Positions 19,037 through 29,150 of a stretch of 64,000 nt of DNA are shown piece after piece. Positions within the stretch are counted from its first letter, which is position 1. The number at the start of each line of letters is the position of its first letter. The stretch lies in assembly GCA_036845225.1 (NCBI GenBank), contig DAIUEJ010000010.1, positions 387-64,386 on the forward strand, in the 5' to 3' direction. The translations under genes were made by a program, and so were the position numbers. The notes under the pieces are model-generated. The model was not told the DNA's origin and ran no database searches. It saw only the letters and a program-made list of their open reading frames with translations. The DNA comes from Candidatus Anoxymicrobiaceae bacterium. GTDB lineage: Bacteria; Actinomycetota; Geothermincolia; Fen-727; Anoxymicrobiaceae.

Positions 19037-20110
19037 TTGGGAGTCGAGAGATGCGGTCTGTGCGGTTTGCCCATCTATGTGCGCCTTGCGGCGGTCTGGA
19101 ACGATGACGGCACCATCACCGGGCGCTTCGTGCACTCGACGCGCGTGGTCCAGGCTTACGCGGACGAGCTCGACTACATCTTCGACGGGATAAGCGAGCG
19201 CATAGGCCTCGACATAAGCAAGATCGTCGTAGAGGGCGAGCGCAAGGCGGGGCTCGAGTTCACCAACACCCTGATGGGAAAAGTGTACGGCCTGGCCGGG
19301 ATGGTCGCGCGCAACCGCCTCTTCTCCAGGCTGGTCTTCGAGTTCGTGATACGCGCCAGCAAGAACGCCGGCTTCGGTGACTGCCGCCTCGCGAACTTGA
19401 AGCACAACAAGCTGCTGCAGATCGAAGTGAGGGACTCTTTTAACCCGCCGGTCTTCGCCGGCAACATGCTCGGCTCGTTCGAGGCGTTCGCGAAACGCCC
19501 CGGCACGGTGCGCTGGGAAGGGGACAGGGACCGCATCCTCATCACCATCGAGGCGGACGGAGACGAAGGAAGGGTAGAGGAAGAGCGGCTGAAGCCGGTG
19601 CTTCCCGTCGTCATCCCTGGTGATTACAAGGTCGAGCGGTGCAGGCGCTGCCACATGCCTGTGGAGCTGACCCGGAGGTACTCGTTCGACCTGGACCGCG
19701 GTATCGCGACAGAAGTCTGTACAGGGCGGCGCATAGTAACGGTGATGATCGACAGCCTCAACGCGGTGTTCAAAGAGCTCGAGGGCGAGCTCGGAGGTGA
19801 GATCACCAGGATGATCGTCGAGCTCGAGAGCGACTACGTCAAAGAACACGCGATGATGCCCGCCGCGGTCGAAGAAGCAAAGGCGATGGAAGAACTGCTG
19901 GCCGACCTGCGTATCAAGGGGATGGGCAACCCCACCGAGATATCTATGACCGGTGAAGAGCTGCTGGTCCGAATCGAGAACCCGTTTTCCGAAGAGATGC
20001 TGGCCGGGAGGGTGCTCGGGTTGTACCGGGCGCTGATGGGCGACCCGGCGGACGTCACCATGACCCAGGACGAGGAAGGCTTCATGTTCGTGAAAGCCTT
20101 TCGACCATAG
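19037..20110 (+). CDS. hypothetical protein with two CxxC pairs (CGLCG ... CRRCH), possible zinc ribbon
   Basis: 357 aa ORF with good codon bias; no family recognised. Confidence 0.5.
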   Translation: MGVERCGLCGLPIYVRLAAVWNDDGTITGRFVHSTRVVQAYADELDYIFDGISERIGLDISKIVVEGERKAGLEFTNTLMGKVYGLAGMVARNRLFSRLVFEFVIRASKNAGFGDCRLANLKHNKLLQIEVRDSFNPPVFAGNMLGSFEAFAKRPGTVRWEGDRDRILITIEADGDEGRVEEERLKPVLPVVIPGDYKVERCRRCHMPVELTRRYSFDLDRGIATEVCTGRRIVTVMIDSLNAVFKELEGELGGEITRMIVELESDYVKEHAMMPAAVEEAKAMEELLADLRIKGMGNPTEISMTGEELLVRIENPFSEEMLAGRVLGLYRALMGDPADVTMTQDEEGFMFVKAFRP

Positions 20111-20134
20111 AAACAAAGAGGAAGGAGACCGGCG

Positions 20135-20695
20135 ATGGGGCGCAGGGAAGATGATACGAAGAAGAAGCACAGGTTCCTGAGGTGGCTGCTCGTGGGGACC
20201 GGGATGGCGGTGCTGGCTTACGCGATCGCGCAGCGCCAGAGGCCTGCTCCTTGCGTGCCTGCCGGCGGCCCTGAAGAAAGGATACTGATCAAGGACGAGG
20301 AGAACCTCAGCGGGCTCGGGGCGATAATGCAATCGGTCATCGGAGAGCTCCTGAAGAACCCCGACAAGATACGCCTGCTGGACACGCTCAACCTCGTCCT
20401 CGCGATAGAGCCGGTGGAGCAGCCCGAGACGGCCATAACCATCACCTTCTCGGACGGCTACATCGTTATCGAGCCGGGCGTTGTCCCGTCGCCCGACATC
20501 AAGCTCGTGACCGACTACGAGGCGCTGATGCAGATGGCGAACATGGGGGCCGGGCTCAACGCGATAAAGTTCCTGAGCACCCCTGACGGCCGGAAGCTGG
20601 CGCAGAAGTTCCTCGGAGGGCAGTGCCGCCTGGAGGGTGTCGTTTCACACCCGCTGGCCATGATGAAGTTCAGCAAGTTCCTCTCACCGAGTTGA
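20135..20695 (+). CDS. membrane-anchored SCP2-like (sterol-carrier-fold) protein
   Basis: N-terminal TM; C-terminal LLKNPDKIRLLDTLNLVLAIEPVEQPETAITITFSDGYIVIEPG...KFLGGQ pattern resembles the SCP2 domain. Confidence 0.45.
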   Translation: MGRREDDTKKKHRFLRWLLVGTGMAVLAYAIAQRQRPAPCVPAGGPEERILIKDEENLSGLGAIMQSVIGELLKNPDKIRLLDTLNLVLAIEPVEQPETAITITFSDGYIVIEPGVVPSPDIKLVTDYEALMQMANMGAGLNAIKFLSTPDGRKLAQKFLGGQCRLEGVVSHPLAMMKFSKFLSPS

Positions 20696-20743
20696 GATGA
20701 GTCCTCCCGTTGCGGGGGGCGGACCCGAGAACAGGATTCGCAG

Positions 20744-22009
20744 ATGGAAAAAGTATTCCTGTACGAGCAGAAAGAGTACGACCCCACGCGGGTCTGCGAA
20801 GTCGCCAAGGAGATCATCACCGGCAGCGGCGTCGACCCGAAGGGCAAGAGCGTCCTCGTAAAACCAAGCTTCGTGTACCCGAGCCACAGCCCGGAGACCG
20901 TCGGAGTGGTGACCCAGCCCGCTTTCATCGAAGGCGTGTGCCGCGCGTTGAACGACCTGGGCGCCGCAAAGGTCATGGTGGGGGAGGATTCGGTCATCGG
21001 CCCGGCTCGCTCGGCGTTCTATGCGATGGGCATCTACCCGCACATCCGAGGGCTTGCCGAAGCCGTGTACTTCGACGAGGTGCGCCACGTCAGGAAGCAA
21101 GTTCCGGGCGCGCTGGTCCAGGACTCCTTCATAGTCCCGGAGATCTGGCCGGAGGTGGACCTTTTCGTGAGCCTCCCCAAGATTAAGGTGAACCAGTTCG
21201 CCAACGTGACCCTCTCCGTCAAGAACAACCTCGGCTTCCTGCGACAGGCTCACCGGGTCAAGAACCACACCGATGAGACCCTCCACGAGAAGATCGCGGA
21301 CCTGTACCGCGTGCGGCCCCCGGACCTGGTGCTGGCGGACAGCATCGTCGCCGGCGAGGGCCAGGGGCCCATGGTGGCCCGCCCCGTCGAGCTGGGGGTC
21401 ATGGTCGGGGGGGCGAACGGGGTCGCTGTCGACGCGGTCGCCTGCAGGCTGATGGGCTTCGACCCGGCGGAGATACGCCATCTGGCCTACCTCGCGGAAG
21501 CGGGGGTCGGGCCGCTGTCACAGGGTGAGATCGAGGTCGTGGGCGACAAGATCGAAGAGCATGCGCGCCGGTTCGTGCGGCCGAGCACACAGTTGACCGG
21601 CGTCAGCCCTCAACTGCGCGTCTTCGAGGGCGAGGAGAAGTGCTGCGCGTTCGGCTGCAGGGGAATGATCCGCTGTGCCCTGGACGCCTGGCTCGAGAAG
21701 GAAGACTACCCCCTGAGCGAGATGAACATCATCGTGGGCAAGGGAATCGGGGACCTTCCGTCCGACCTCGACCGCAGGAAGACGCTCGTCGTCGGGGAGT
21801 GCGCGAGAGAATACCAGAAGCGTGGCTATTTTCTCCCGGGCTGCCCGCCTATGCCGATGGAGACAGCGTTCACGATACAGAAGTTCCAGGGCTTCGTGCC
21901 CACTCCACTGAAGATGCGGGATGTGCTCAAGGGATACGTGGCGGGCTACGGCTGGAAGGCGGCGAGGTTCTTCAGAGGCCACGACCGCGACCTGGACATG
22001 GGGGAGTGA
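20744..22009 (+). CDS. DUF362 domain protein (second paralog) with Cys-rich segment
   Basis: 421 aa; paralogous to 6687..7841 (VKPSFVYP, IADLYRVRPPDLVLADSIVAGEG); EKCCAFGCRGMIRC. Confidence 0.6.
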   Translation: MEKVFLYEQKEYDPTRVCEVAKEIITGSGVDPKGKSVLVKPSFVYPSHSPETVGVVTQPAFIEGVCRALNDLGAAKVMVGEDSVIGPARSAFYAMGIYPHIRGLAEAVYFDEVRHVRKQVPGALVQDSFIVPEIWPEVDLFVSLPKIKVNQFANVTLSVKNNLGFLRQAHRVKNHTDETLHEKIADLYRVRPPDLVLADSIVAGEGQGPMVARPVELGVMVGGANGVAVDAVACRLMGFDPAEIRHLAYLAEAGVGPLSQGEIEVVGDKIEEHARRFVRPSTQLTGVSPQLRVFEGEEKCCAFGCRGMIRCALDAWLEKEDYPLSEMNIIVGKGIGDLPSDLDRRKTLVVGECAREYQKRGYFLPGCPPMPMETAFTIQKFQGFVPTPLKMRDVLKGYVAGYGWKAARFFRGHDRDLDMGE

Positions 22010-22061
22010 TTTGGCGGGCGGAGCAAGACGAGTCGCGGGAAGGTCGTTCCACAACGGGTGG

Positions 22062-22559
22062 ATGAACCGGAAGCTGTTGGCGGAGACCAGGCGGCCCGGG
22101 CTGGTAAAAGTGCTGGCGGTCTGCACGGCGGCGGCGAGCCTCCTCTTTATCGCGGAAGGCATCCTGGTGGGCTGGTTCCTCTCGCATCTCATCCCCGGGC
22201 TGGAGCCCCTTGAAGGTATGACGACAAGGTATTTCGACTCATTCTTGTCGGAAGCGCCGTATGTCAGGCTTCCCACGTATCTGGCGACGGCCTGCCTCAT
22301 CATGATCGGAGTGGCGGGCCTGATCGCCGCGTTCAGCCTGCTCGGCGCGAGCCGCCCGGCGGCGTATTTCACCGTCGCGCTCGTGGTGGGGTTATTTGTC
22401 ACAGGGGCAGTCCTGCTGGTTCAGGTGATCTGGACTAACAGCACACTGACTACCGTTCTCGGATCGGTCAACCTGGGGTCGGGCGCGGCGCTGGCGGTGC
22501 TCCTCGGCCTCTGCTGGTACACCCTGGACCCGCTCGGCCTTCACGGCGAACCCGACTGA
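22062..22559 (+). CDS. 4-TM membrane protein, unknown function (start could be TTG ~22011)
   Basis: Hydrophobic ORF immediately downstream of DUF362 in the same orientation. Confidence 0.45.
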   Translation: MNRKLLAETRRPGLVKVLAVCTAAASLLFIAEGILVGWFLSHLIPGLEPLEGMTTRYFDSFLSEAPYVRLPTYLATACLIMIGVAGLIAAFSLLGASRPAAYFTVALVVGLFVTGAVLLVQVIWTNSTLTTVLGSVNLGSGAALAVLLGLCWYTLDPLGLHGEPD

Positions 22560-22646
22560 CCCGCGGCTGGAATTCCATTCCTGAAGTTGTATCATTACAC
22601 GACAATAACCGGCATGCGTCCGCTTTGAGCACCTGAGAGGAAGAGG

Positions 22647-24149
22647 ATGGCAAGGGAGATCTACTCGCGGAACTGGGACAGGATGTCTTTCGAGGAGCAG
22701 CGCGAGTACCGCGACCGTAAGCTCTCCTACTTCGTGCGCACGGAGCTCTATCCGTACAGCCCGTTCTATCGCAAGGTGTTCGACGAGGCGAAGCTGGCAC
22801 CGGAAGACGTGAGGGGCGTCGACGACCTGCGAAGGCTTCCCTTCACCTACAAAGCGGACATCGCCCCCTCACAGGATGACCTCAATCGCTATGAGCGCTT
22901 CGTCCTCAAGCCGGATGAGGAGAAGATCGACGAGTACATGCCTGCCATGAGCCACGCGAAGATGCGATTCGACAGGCTCTTCAAAGGCGAAGACTTTGTA
23001 AAGAAGGCCATGCGCGACGAGTACGCATCAGTCCACGTGCAGTTCACTACTGGCCGCACAGGATTGCCGACGCCGATAATGTACGCGCGCTCCGACATGG
23101 AGAGGATGGCCGAGGCGGGCAGGCGCATACTCGAGCTCGCGGGCCTGGGCACGAAGATAGACCGCGAGGGCGCGGTCATGCTCAATGCAATGCCTTTCGC
23201 TCCGCACCTCGGTTTCTGGATGGCCACCGAAGCGCTGGACCGCTCCGGCATCCTTGGCCTGCACACGGGAGGCGGACGAGTCATGGGGACCCGCCGCATC
23301 ATCAATGCGACGCAGTCGATCAAGGCGACCGGGATCATCGGGATGCCCGGCTACGTCTACCACCTGCTGACCACGGCGGTTGAAGAAAAGAGCGACTTCT
23401 CGTCGCTGCGCCTGGTGATCCTCGCCGGCGAGCGCATCTCGAAGGGCATGAAAGAAAAGATTGCTGAGTTCCTCGAGCAGCTCGGCGCGAAGGACTTCTA
23501 TATCGTGGGCGTCCTCGGCTTCACCGAGGCCCGCAAGAGCTACTCCGAGTGCGTTGCCGAGGAAGACTCCGGCTACCACGTCTACCCCGACATGGACTAC
23601 TTCGAGATAATCGACCCCGAGACCGAGGAGCCGGTGGGCGTTGGTGAAGACGGCGAACTGGTTTACACGTGCCTTGACGGCCGCGGCACCTGCGTTTTGC
23701 GTTTTCGCACCGGGGACTACGTCAAAGGCGGCATAGTGTACGAGCCGTGTCCGTCATGCGGCCGTATGGTACCCCGGATCGGAAGCGATATCAGCAGGTA
23801 CGGCAAGGACAGGGGTTTCTCGCTCACCAAGCTCAAGGGGACCCTGGTCGACCAGGGCGCCTTCTTCTCGGTCCTATCGAAGAACCCCAGGATCAAGGAG
23901 TGGCAGGTCGAGCTGTCGAAAGCGGGGGGCGACCCGTACGAGGTCGATGAGGTCGACGTGTTCGCGGCGCTGGTCGAGGGAGCCGACGTCGATGCCGTCC
24001 GTGAGGAGATATTCTCGGAGCTACAGGCCGCGACGGAGGTCAAACCGAACCGCATCGAGTTCCTCCCGCTCGACGAACTCGTGGAGCGCCTGCGCGTCAA
24101 AGGTGGCATGAAGGAACTGCACGTCGTCGACAGGCGGCCGGAAGTCTGA
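22647..24149 (+). CDS. phenylacetate--CoA ligase family adenylating enzyme (PaaK/CapK/F390-synthetase-like)
   Basis: 500 aa; HVQFTTGRTGLPTP (AMP-binding core) and YDIGD-like segments. Confidence 0.6.
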   Translation: MAREIYSRNWDRMSFEEQREYRDRKLSYFVRTELYPYSPFYRKVFDEAKLAPEDVRGVDDLRRLPFTYKADIAPSQDDLNRYERFVLKPDEEKIDEYMPAMSHAKMRFDRLFKGEDFVKKAMRDEYASVHVQFTTGRTGLPTPIMYARSDMERMAEAGRRILELAGLGTKIDREGAVMLNAMPFAPHLGFWMATEALDRSGILGLHTGGGRVMGTRRIINATQSIKATGIIGMPGYVYHLLTTAVEEKSDFSSLRLVILAGERISKGMKEKIAEFLEQLGAKDFYIVGVLGFTEARKSYSECVAEEDSGYHVYPDMDYFEIIDPETEEPVGVGEDGELVYTCLDGRGTCVLRFRTGDYVKGGIVYEPCPSCGRMVPRIGSDISRYGKDRGFSLTKLKGTLVDQGAFFSVLSKNPRIKEWQVELSKAGGDPYEVDEVDVFAALVEGADVDAVREEIFSELQAATEVKPNRIEFLPLDELVERLRVKGGMKELHVVDRRPEV

Positions 24150-24272
24150 CATTGTGCACAGGGCCTCTTTGCAGGATATTATTACCGTGCACCTCGAATC
24201 GTATAAGTGGGTCAGGGTATTCAGTAGAACCCGCGCTCTTCCGATTCTGGTATTGAGATCTGGAGAAAGGTT

Positions 24273-25970
24273 ATGGTGCAGGCAAAGAAAAAGGCGAAGT
24301 CGGTAACACATCTGCTCATCGAGGACGGCCTCGTGTCGCAGGAGCAACTGCTCCAGGCGCTCGAGCACAAGAAGCAGACCGGCAAGTCCCTCGCGCGCAC
24401 GCTCATCGAGCTGGGCATCGTATCAGAGTCGAAGCTCACCGAGGTGCTGGCTCAGCATCTGGGGCTCGATTTCATCGACATCTCACAGTACCGCATCGAC
24501 CTCACCGCGACTGCTCTCCTGGATGAGAAGATGGCCCAGCGCCACCTGACCATCCCGCTCTCTTTCGACGGCGACACCCTGGTGATCGCCATGGCGGACC
24601 CGACCAACATCTTCGCGCTCGACGACGTCAAGATGTCCACCGGCCACCAGGTCCGGCCCGTAGTGGCGACCAAGGGCGACATCGAGGATGCCATCCGCAC
24701 CTACTACCGGGACAGCAGCGACTCGTCGGGAATCACCGACGTGGAGGGGCTCGACGCGGAAGGCCTGGATGACAAGGAGCTCGCGAAGGCCATCGGGAGC
24801 GCGGCGGATGACGCGCCGATGGTCAGGTTCGTGAGCTACGTCATCAACGAGGCCGTCACCGCCGGGGCCAGCGACATCCACTTCGACCCGCAGGAAAAAG
24901 AGATCGTCATCAGGTACAGGGTCGACGGCGTGCTCCACGACGTGAAGAGCCTGCCCATCAGGACCCTGCCGGCCCTCACCTCGCGCGTAAAGATCATGTC
25001 CGACCTGAACATCGCCGAGAAGAGGGTCCCGCAGGACGGCCACTACGAGAAGACCGTCAGCAGCAAACAGATCGACTTCCGTGTCGCGGTGCTGCCGACC
25101 GTCTTCGGCGAGAAGATAGTCCTTAGAATCCTCGACAAGTCCAGCATCCTGCTGCGCCTGAACGACCTCGGCTACGACGGCGAGACGCTCGAGAAGTACG
25201 AGGGCGCATTCCGCAGGCCCAACGGGGCGATCCTGGTCACGGGGCCGACCGGTAGCGGCAAGTCGACCACGCTGTACGGCACGCTGAACGTGCTGAACGA
25301 TGAGACCAAGAACATCACCACGGTCGAGGACCCGGTCGAGTACCGCCTCGCCGGCATCAACCAGATCCAGATCAACAACAAGGCGGGGCTCACGTTCTCG
25401 AGCGCGCTCCGTTCGATTCTGCGTACGTCGCCCGACATCATAATGGTCGGCGAGATCCGAGACAAAGAGACCGCGCAGATCGCCGTCGAATCGGCCTTGA
25501 CGGGCCACCTTGTCTTCAGCACTCTCCACACCAACGATGCCCCCGGCGCCATCACGCGCCTCACCGAGATGGGCATCGAGCCTTTCCTCACGGCTTCAGG
25601 CATCGTGTGCGTGCTCGGGCAGAGGCTGGGGCGCCGCCTCTGTACCTGCAAGCAGGCGTACGAGCCGACCGCCGAGCTGCTCAAGAGGATCGAGTTCACC
25701 ATGGATGGAAAAGAGTTGCCGACACTCTACAAGCCCAATCCCAACGGTTGCTCGCGCTGCAACGGCACCGGCTATAAGGGCAGGGTGGCGCTCGTGGAGA
25801 TCATGCAGATGAGCCCCGAGATCGAGCAGTTGACCATCGAGGAAGCTTCCACCGCCGAGATCAAGAAGGTCGCCATCGCGCAGGGCATGAAGTCGATGCG
25901 CCAGGACGGATGGGACAAGTGCCGTCAGGGAACGACGTCGATCGAAGAAGTCCTCCGAGTGGTCATCTAG
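24273..25970 (+). CDS. GspE/PilB-family secretion ATPase with N-terminal GSPII_E_N domain and tetracysteine motif
   Basis: VTGPTGSGKSTTLY Walker A; CTCKQ...CSRCNGTGYKGR zinc motif; 565 aa. Confidence 0.8.
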   Translation: MVQAKKKAKSVTHLLIEDGLVSQEQLLQALEHKKQTGKSLARTLIELGIVSESKLTEVLAQHLGLDFIDISQYRIDLTATALLDEKMAQRHLTIPLSFDGDTLVIAMADPTNIFALDDVKMSTGHQVRPVVATKGDIEDAIRTYYRDSSDSSGITDVEGLDAEGLDDKELAKAIGSAADDAPMVRFVSYVINEAVTAGASDIHFDPQEKEIVIRYRVDGVLHDVKSLPIRTLPALTSRVKIMSDLNIAEKRVPQDGHYEKTVSSKQIDFRVAVLPTVFGEKIVLRILDKSSILLRLNDLGYDGETLEKYEGAFRRPNGAILVTGPTGSGKSTTLYGTLNVLNDETKNITTVEDPVEYRLAGINQIQINNKAGLTFSSALRSILRTSPDIIMVGEIRDKETAQIAVESALTGHLVFSTLHTNDAPGAITRLTEMGIEPFLTASGIVCVLGQRLGRRLCTCKQAYEPTAELLKRIEFTMDGKELPTLYKPNPNGCSRCNGTGYKGRVALVEIMQMSPEIEQLTIEEASTAEIKKVAIAQGMKSMRQDGWDKCRQGTTSIEEVLRVVI

Positions 25971-26003
25971 AAGAACCCCGCTGCCGCCAGACAGACCCTT
26001 TTC

Positions 26004-27689
26004 CTACCTCGGCACCGTCCTCTTGATCTCGTCGATGGAGGTCTCGCCGGCCAGCACTTTCTCCACGGCGTTCTGCCAGAGGGTGCGCATCCCCTGCTCG
26101 ATCGCCTTCTCCTTGATGTGGCTGAGGCGCATGTCGGGTGCCATCATGTCCTTGATCTCGGGCGTCATGGGCATCGTCTCGAAAACGCCGATGCGGTGCA
26201 GGTAGCCGGAGTCGTGGCACTGCTCGCAGCCGCCGGGGTTCTTCACCGTGACCTGGCTGCCCGGCTCGAGCCCCAGCTCCTGCAGCTCGCGCGGGGTGGG
26301 GGTGTAGTCCACCGCGCACTCCGGGCACAACTGCCTCACCAGCCGCTGTGCCACGATGAGCTTAACGACCTCACGGACATAGAAGTACTCGACCCCGATC
26401 TCCATCAGCCGCAGCAGGACCTCCGGCGCGTCCGTGGTGTGCAGGGTGCTCAACAGCAGGTGGCCGGTCAGCGCTGCCTGCACCGCGGTGTGCGCCGTCT
26501 CGCTGTCCCTTATCTCGCCCACCAGGATTATGTTGGGGTCCTGGCGCAGCACCGAGCGCAGCAGCGGCGCGAAGCCGTTGTCTATCGCGTTGTTCACCGG
26601 TATCTGGTTGATGTTCTCCATGCGGTACTCGGGCGGGTCCTCGATCGTGATGATCTTCCGCTCCGTCCGGTTCAGCTTGTTGAGCATCGCGTACATGGTC
26701 GTGGTCTTGCCGCTGCCGGTGGGGCCGGTCGAGAGCACGAACCCGTAAGGCTCGTCGAGGGCCCGCATCGTGTCCAGGTCTCTGGAGGTGAAGCCCAGGT
26801 CGGTGAGCTTGATCGCGGCTTTGCCCTGGTCCAGGACGCGAAGCACCACGCCTTCTCCGTAGATGGTCGGCGTGGTCGCGACCCTGAAGTCGACGTCGGC
26901 GTTTCCGTACTTCACGAATATCACGCCGTCCTGCGGGCGCCGCCGCTCGGCGATATCGAGGCTTGCCAGGATCTTGATCCTCGAGACCACGGAGTGGTGT
27001 TGCTCGCCCGGAAGCTGTTTGTAATCCCTGAGGATGCCGTCGAGCCGGAGGCGGACGTCCGCGTGGTCCAACTTCGGCTCTATGTGGATGTCGCTCGCGC
27101 CGATGCTTATGGCGTGGCTGAGCATGCCGTTGACGACGCGGACGATATCCGCTTCGTCCATATCGATCGCACCGGGCGGAGGCTCAGCGCGGTCGCCCTC
27201 GATGAACTGGAGCAGCTTTCCTTCACCCTGCTCTTCGACCTCGGCGCTTTCCGCCGCGCCGTAGACCACGCCCAGCGCGCTCCTGATCTCCTGCTCCGGG
27301 CACAGGACAAAATCAAGGACGAATCCCGTCTTGAACGAGATCATCTCGCTGACCTGGTCACTCAACGGGCTGCTGACCGCCACGGTCAGGTCATTGTCCC
27401 TCACGCTTACGGGCAGGGCGCAGTGCTCACGGGCTTCGTCGGCCTCGAGGAGCTTTGCCACTTCGGGGACTATCGCCTCAGGGTTGAGCTTGACCCTGGG
27501 GGCTCCCATGAAGGAGGCCAGCGAGTCGAGCACCTGGTCGCTGGTGACGAAACCGGAGTGGACCAGCGCGTCGGTGGCGCTCGAGCCTTCCTGTTTCGCC
27601 GCTTCGAGCGCCTCATGGAGCTGGGCCCCGGTTATAAGTCCCTGTTCGACGAGCGCGTTCAGAAAACTTTCGTCGTAGCTTTTTGCCAC
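26004..27689 (-). CDS. GspE/PilB-family secretion ATPase (second copy, convergent), terminal gene of the flp operon
   Basis: Track ORF 26004..28208 is over-extended; GTG start at 27689 (VAKSYDESFLNALVEQGLITGAQL = GSPII_E_N); STGPTGSGKTTTMYA; CPECA...CEQCHDSGY. Confidence 0.75.
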   Translation of the reverse strand: MAKSYDESFLNALVEQGLITGAQLHEALEAAKQEGSSATDALVHSGFVTSDQVLDSLASFMGAPRVKLNPEAIVPEVAKLLEADEAREHCALPVSVRDNDLTVAVSSPLSDQVSEMISFKTGFVLDFVLCPEQEIRSALGVVYGAAESAEVEEQGEGKLLQFIEGDRAEPPPGAIDMDEADIVRVVNGMLSHAISIGASDIHIEPKLDHADVRLRLDGILRDYKQLPGEQHHSVVSRIKILASLDIAERRRPQDGVIFVKYGNADVDFRVATTPTIYGEGVVLRVLDQGKAAIKLTDLGFTSRDLDTMRALDEPYGFVLSTGPTGSGKTTTMYAMLNKLNRTERKIITIEDPPEYRMENINQIPVNNAIDNGFAPLLRSVLRQDPNIILVGEIRDSETAHTAVQAALTGHLLLSTLHTTDAPEVLLRLMEIGVEYFYVREVVKLIVAQRLVRQLCPECAVDYTPTPRELQELGLEPGSQVTVKNPGGCEQCHDSGYLHRIGVFETMPMTPEIKDMMAPDMRLSHIKEKAIEQGMRTLWQNAVEKVLAGETSIDEIKRTVPR

Positions 27690-27852
27690 CTGGCACCTCA
27701 CGGGTCTCGTAGCGGAGCGCGGCGGAGCGCGCCCGCCTGGCCGGTTGCCCCGCGGCCTCAGTAACGAGACGGCATCACGGGACAAAGAAGAGTCAAGACA
27801 TAATACTATGCGGAGGTCGCGCTTCAAAACCGTCAGAAGGCGGGGCCGGCGC

Positions 27853-28722
27853 TCACAGGATGCGCCTGCAGGCGGAGACGTCCGACCTGCTCGAAAGCGG
27901 TGATACTTTGACCACGTCGCCGGTGTGCGGAGCGTGGATGAACCAGCCGCCACCGAGGTAGATGCCGACGTGCGCGTTCCCGCGGAAGAACACCAGGTCG
28001 CCGGTCGCGAGCTCTGAGGTTGAGACCGCGCGCCCGCAGAAGACCTGCGAGAAAGTGACCCGAGGCAGGCAGACGCCGATCTGCGCATACACGTAGCAGA
28101 CGAGGCCGCTGCAATCGAAAGCGTCAGGGCCTGTGGCGCCCCATACGTATGGCTGCCCGAGGTGCTGGAGCGCCAACAGCACGACCATCGTTGCCGCGCC
28201 GGGGACATCTCTTGCGTGCCCGTTGGCGAGCAAGCCCTTGAGGGTATTGAGCAGAGTAGGGTCGGCCGTGTACCAGATGCTGCCGCTCGCGAGGAGGGCT
28301 TCCATGTCGACTTCCGCCGCGGCTATGGCCGTGACCTTGTCCGCGCCGATGCCCAGCCTACGGAGGATCAGTGACGGTGGCTTCACCGAGGCACGCACCT
28401 CCACCCGCTGGCCGCCGTCCGTGACCTTCACCGTCTCCAGAGTGCCTCCGTTCGCGGATGCATACCTGCGCGCGGCAGGCTCGGGCCCGGCGCCGGTCGC
28501 GAACAGCGGGAAGGACTCCTGCACCGCCGCAAGCGCCGCGGCATCCGCGGCATCCTGCGCCTGGTGCCGCGCGGATAGATACATACCGACGTCGCCGGTG
28601 AAAAGGCACAGTACGGCAACGAGCGCCACGCAACCCATCGCCGCGATGCTGACTCCGCCGGTTTCATCCCGCATGCAGAAGCGCCGCACCGCTTTCCGGC
28701 GCGGCGCGTGCGTACGCCGCAT
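27853..28722 (-). CDS. TadG-like pseudopilin N-terminus fused to NlpC/P60 (C40) peptidase domain
   Basis: Start ATG 28722 overlaps the TGA of the upstream TadE-like gene (TGATG); MRRTHAPRRKAVRRFCMRDETGGVSIAAMGCVALVAVLCLF then C-terminal YVWGATGPDAFDCSGLVCYVYAQIG...GDLVFF...HVGIY (Cys-His-His C40 triad). Confidence 0.65.
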   Translation of the reverse strand: MRRTHAPRRKAVRRFCMRDETGGVSIAAMGCVALVAVLCLFTGDVGMYLSARHQAQDAADAAALAAVQESFPLFATGAGPEPAARRYASANGGTLETVKVTDGGQRVEVRASVKPPSLILRRLGIGADKVTAIAAAEVDMEALLASGSIWYTADPTLLNTLKGLLANGHARDVPGAATMVVLLALQHLGQPYVWGATGPDAFDCSGLVCYVYAQIGVCLPRVTFSQVFCGRAVSTSELATGDLVFFRGNAHVGIYLGGGWFIHAPHTGDVVKVSPLSSRSDVSACRRIL

Positions 28723-29138
28723 CACTGCGAGCCTCTCTCGAGTGCCATGGTCGTCGACCGTTTGAAGGAAAGCCGCGATATCAGGCGTTCCAGGCCGGGG
28801 AGGAGCAGGGGCATCCTGTAGGCGACCGTCACGACCACCGGCGAGCCCTTGGCTCGCCCCTCGGGGAAAGACACCTCGACCTCGGGGCCCGTGCCCGGGA
28901 GGCCCCCCGCGGCGGACATTGCGGCCTTGCGAGCGGCATCGGTGTCGTTGGTCTCCGCGCCGCGCCTGGCGCCTTCGCGGCTGGCCGACGTCACGACGAG
29001 ATAGCAGTTCAACGAGAGCGCGACCTGGCACACGACCAGGGTGATCAAAAGTAGGACTGGCAGTACGAGCGCGAACTCGACCGCCGCCTGGCCATGTTCA
29101 CCCCTCGTGGGCTTCCGGGCCTGGCGCGGCTCCATCAA
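28722..29138 (-). CDS. TadE-like pilus assembly protein (pseudopilin)
   Basis: AAVEFALVLPVLLLITLVVCQVAL is the TadE/TadG N-terminal motif. Confidence 0.7.
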   Translation of the reverse strand: MMEPRQARKPTRGEHGQAAVEFALVLPVLLLITLVVCQVALSLNCYLVVTSASREGARRGAETNDTDAARKAAMSAAGGLPGTGPEVEVSFPEGRAKGSPVVVTVAYRMPLLLPGLERLISRLSFKRSTTMALERGSQ

Positions 29139-29150
29139 GAAAAGCGCCTC

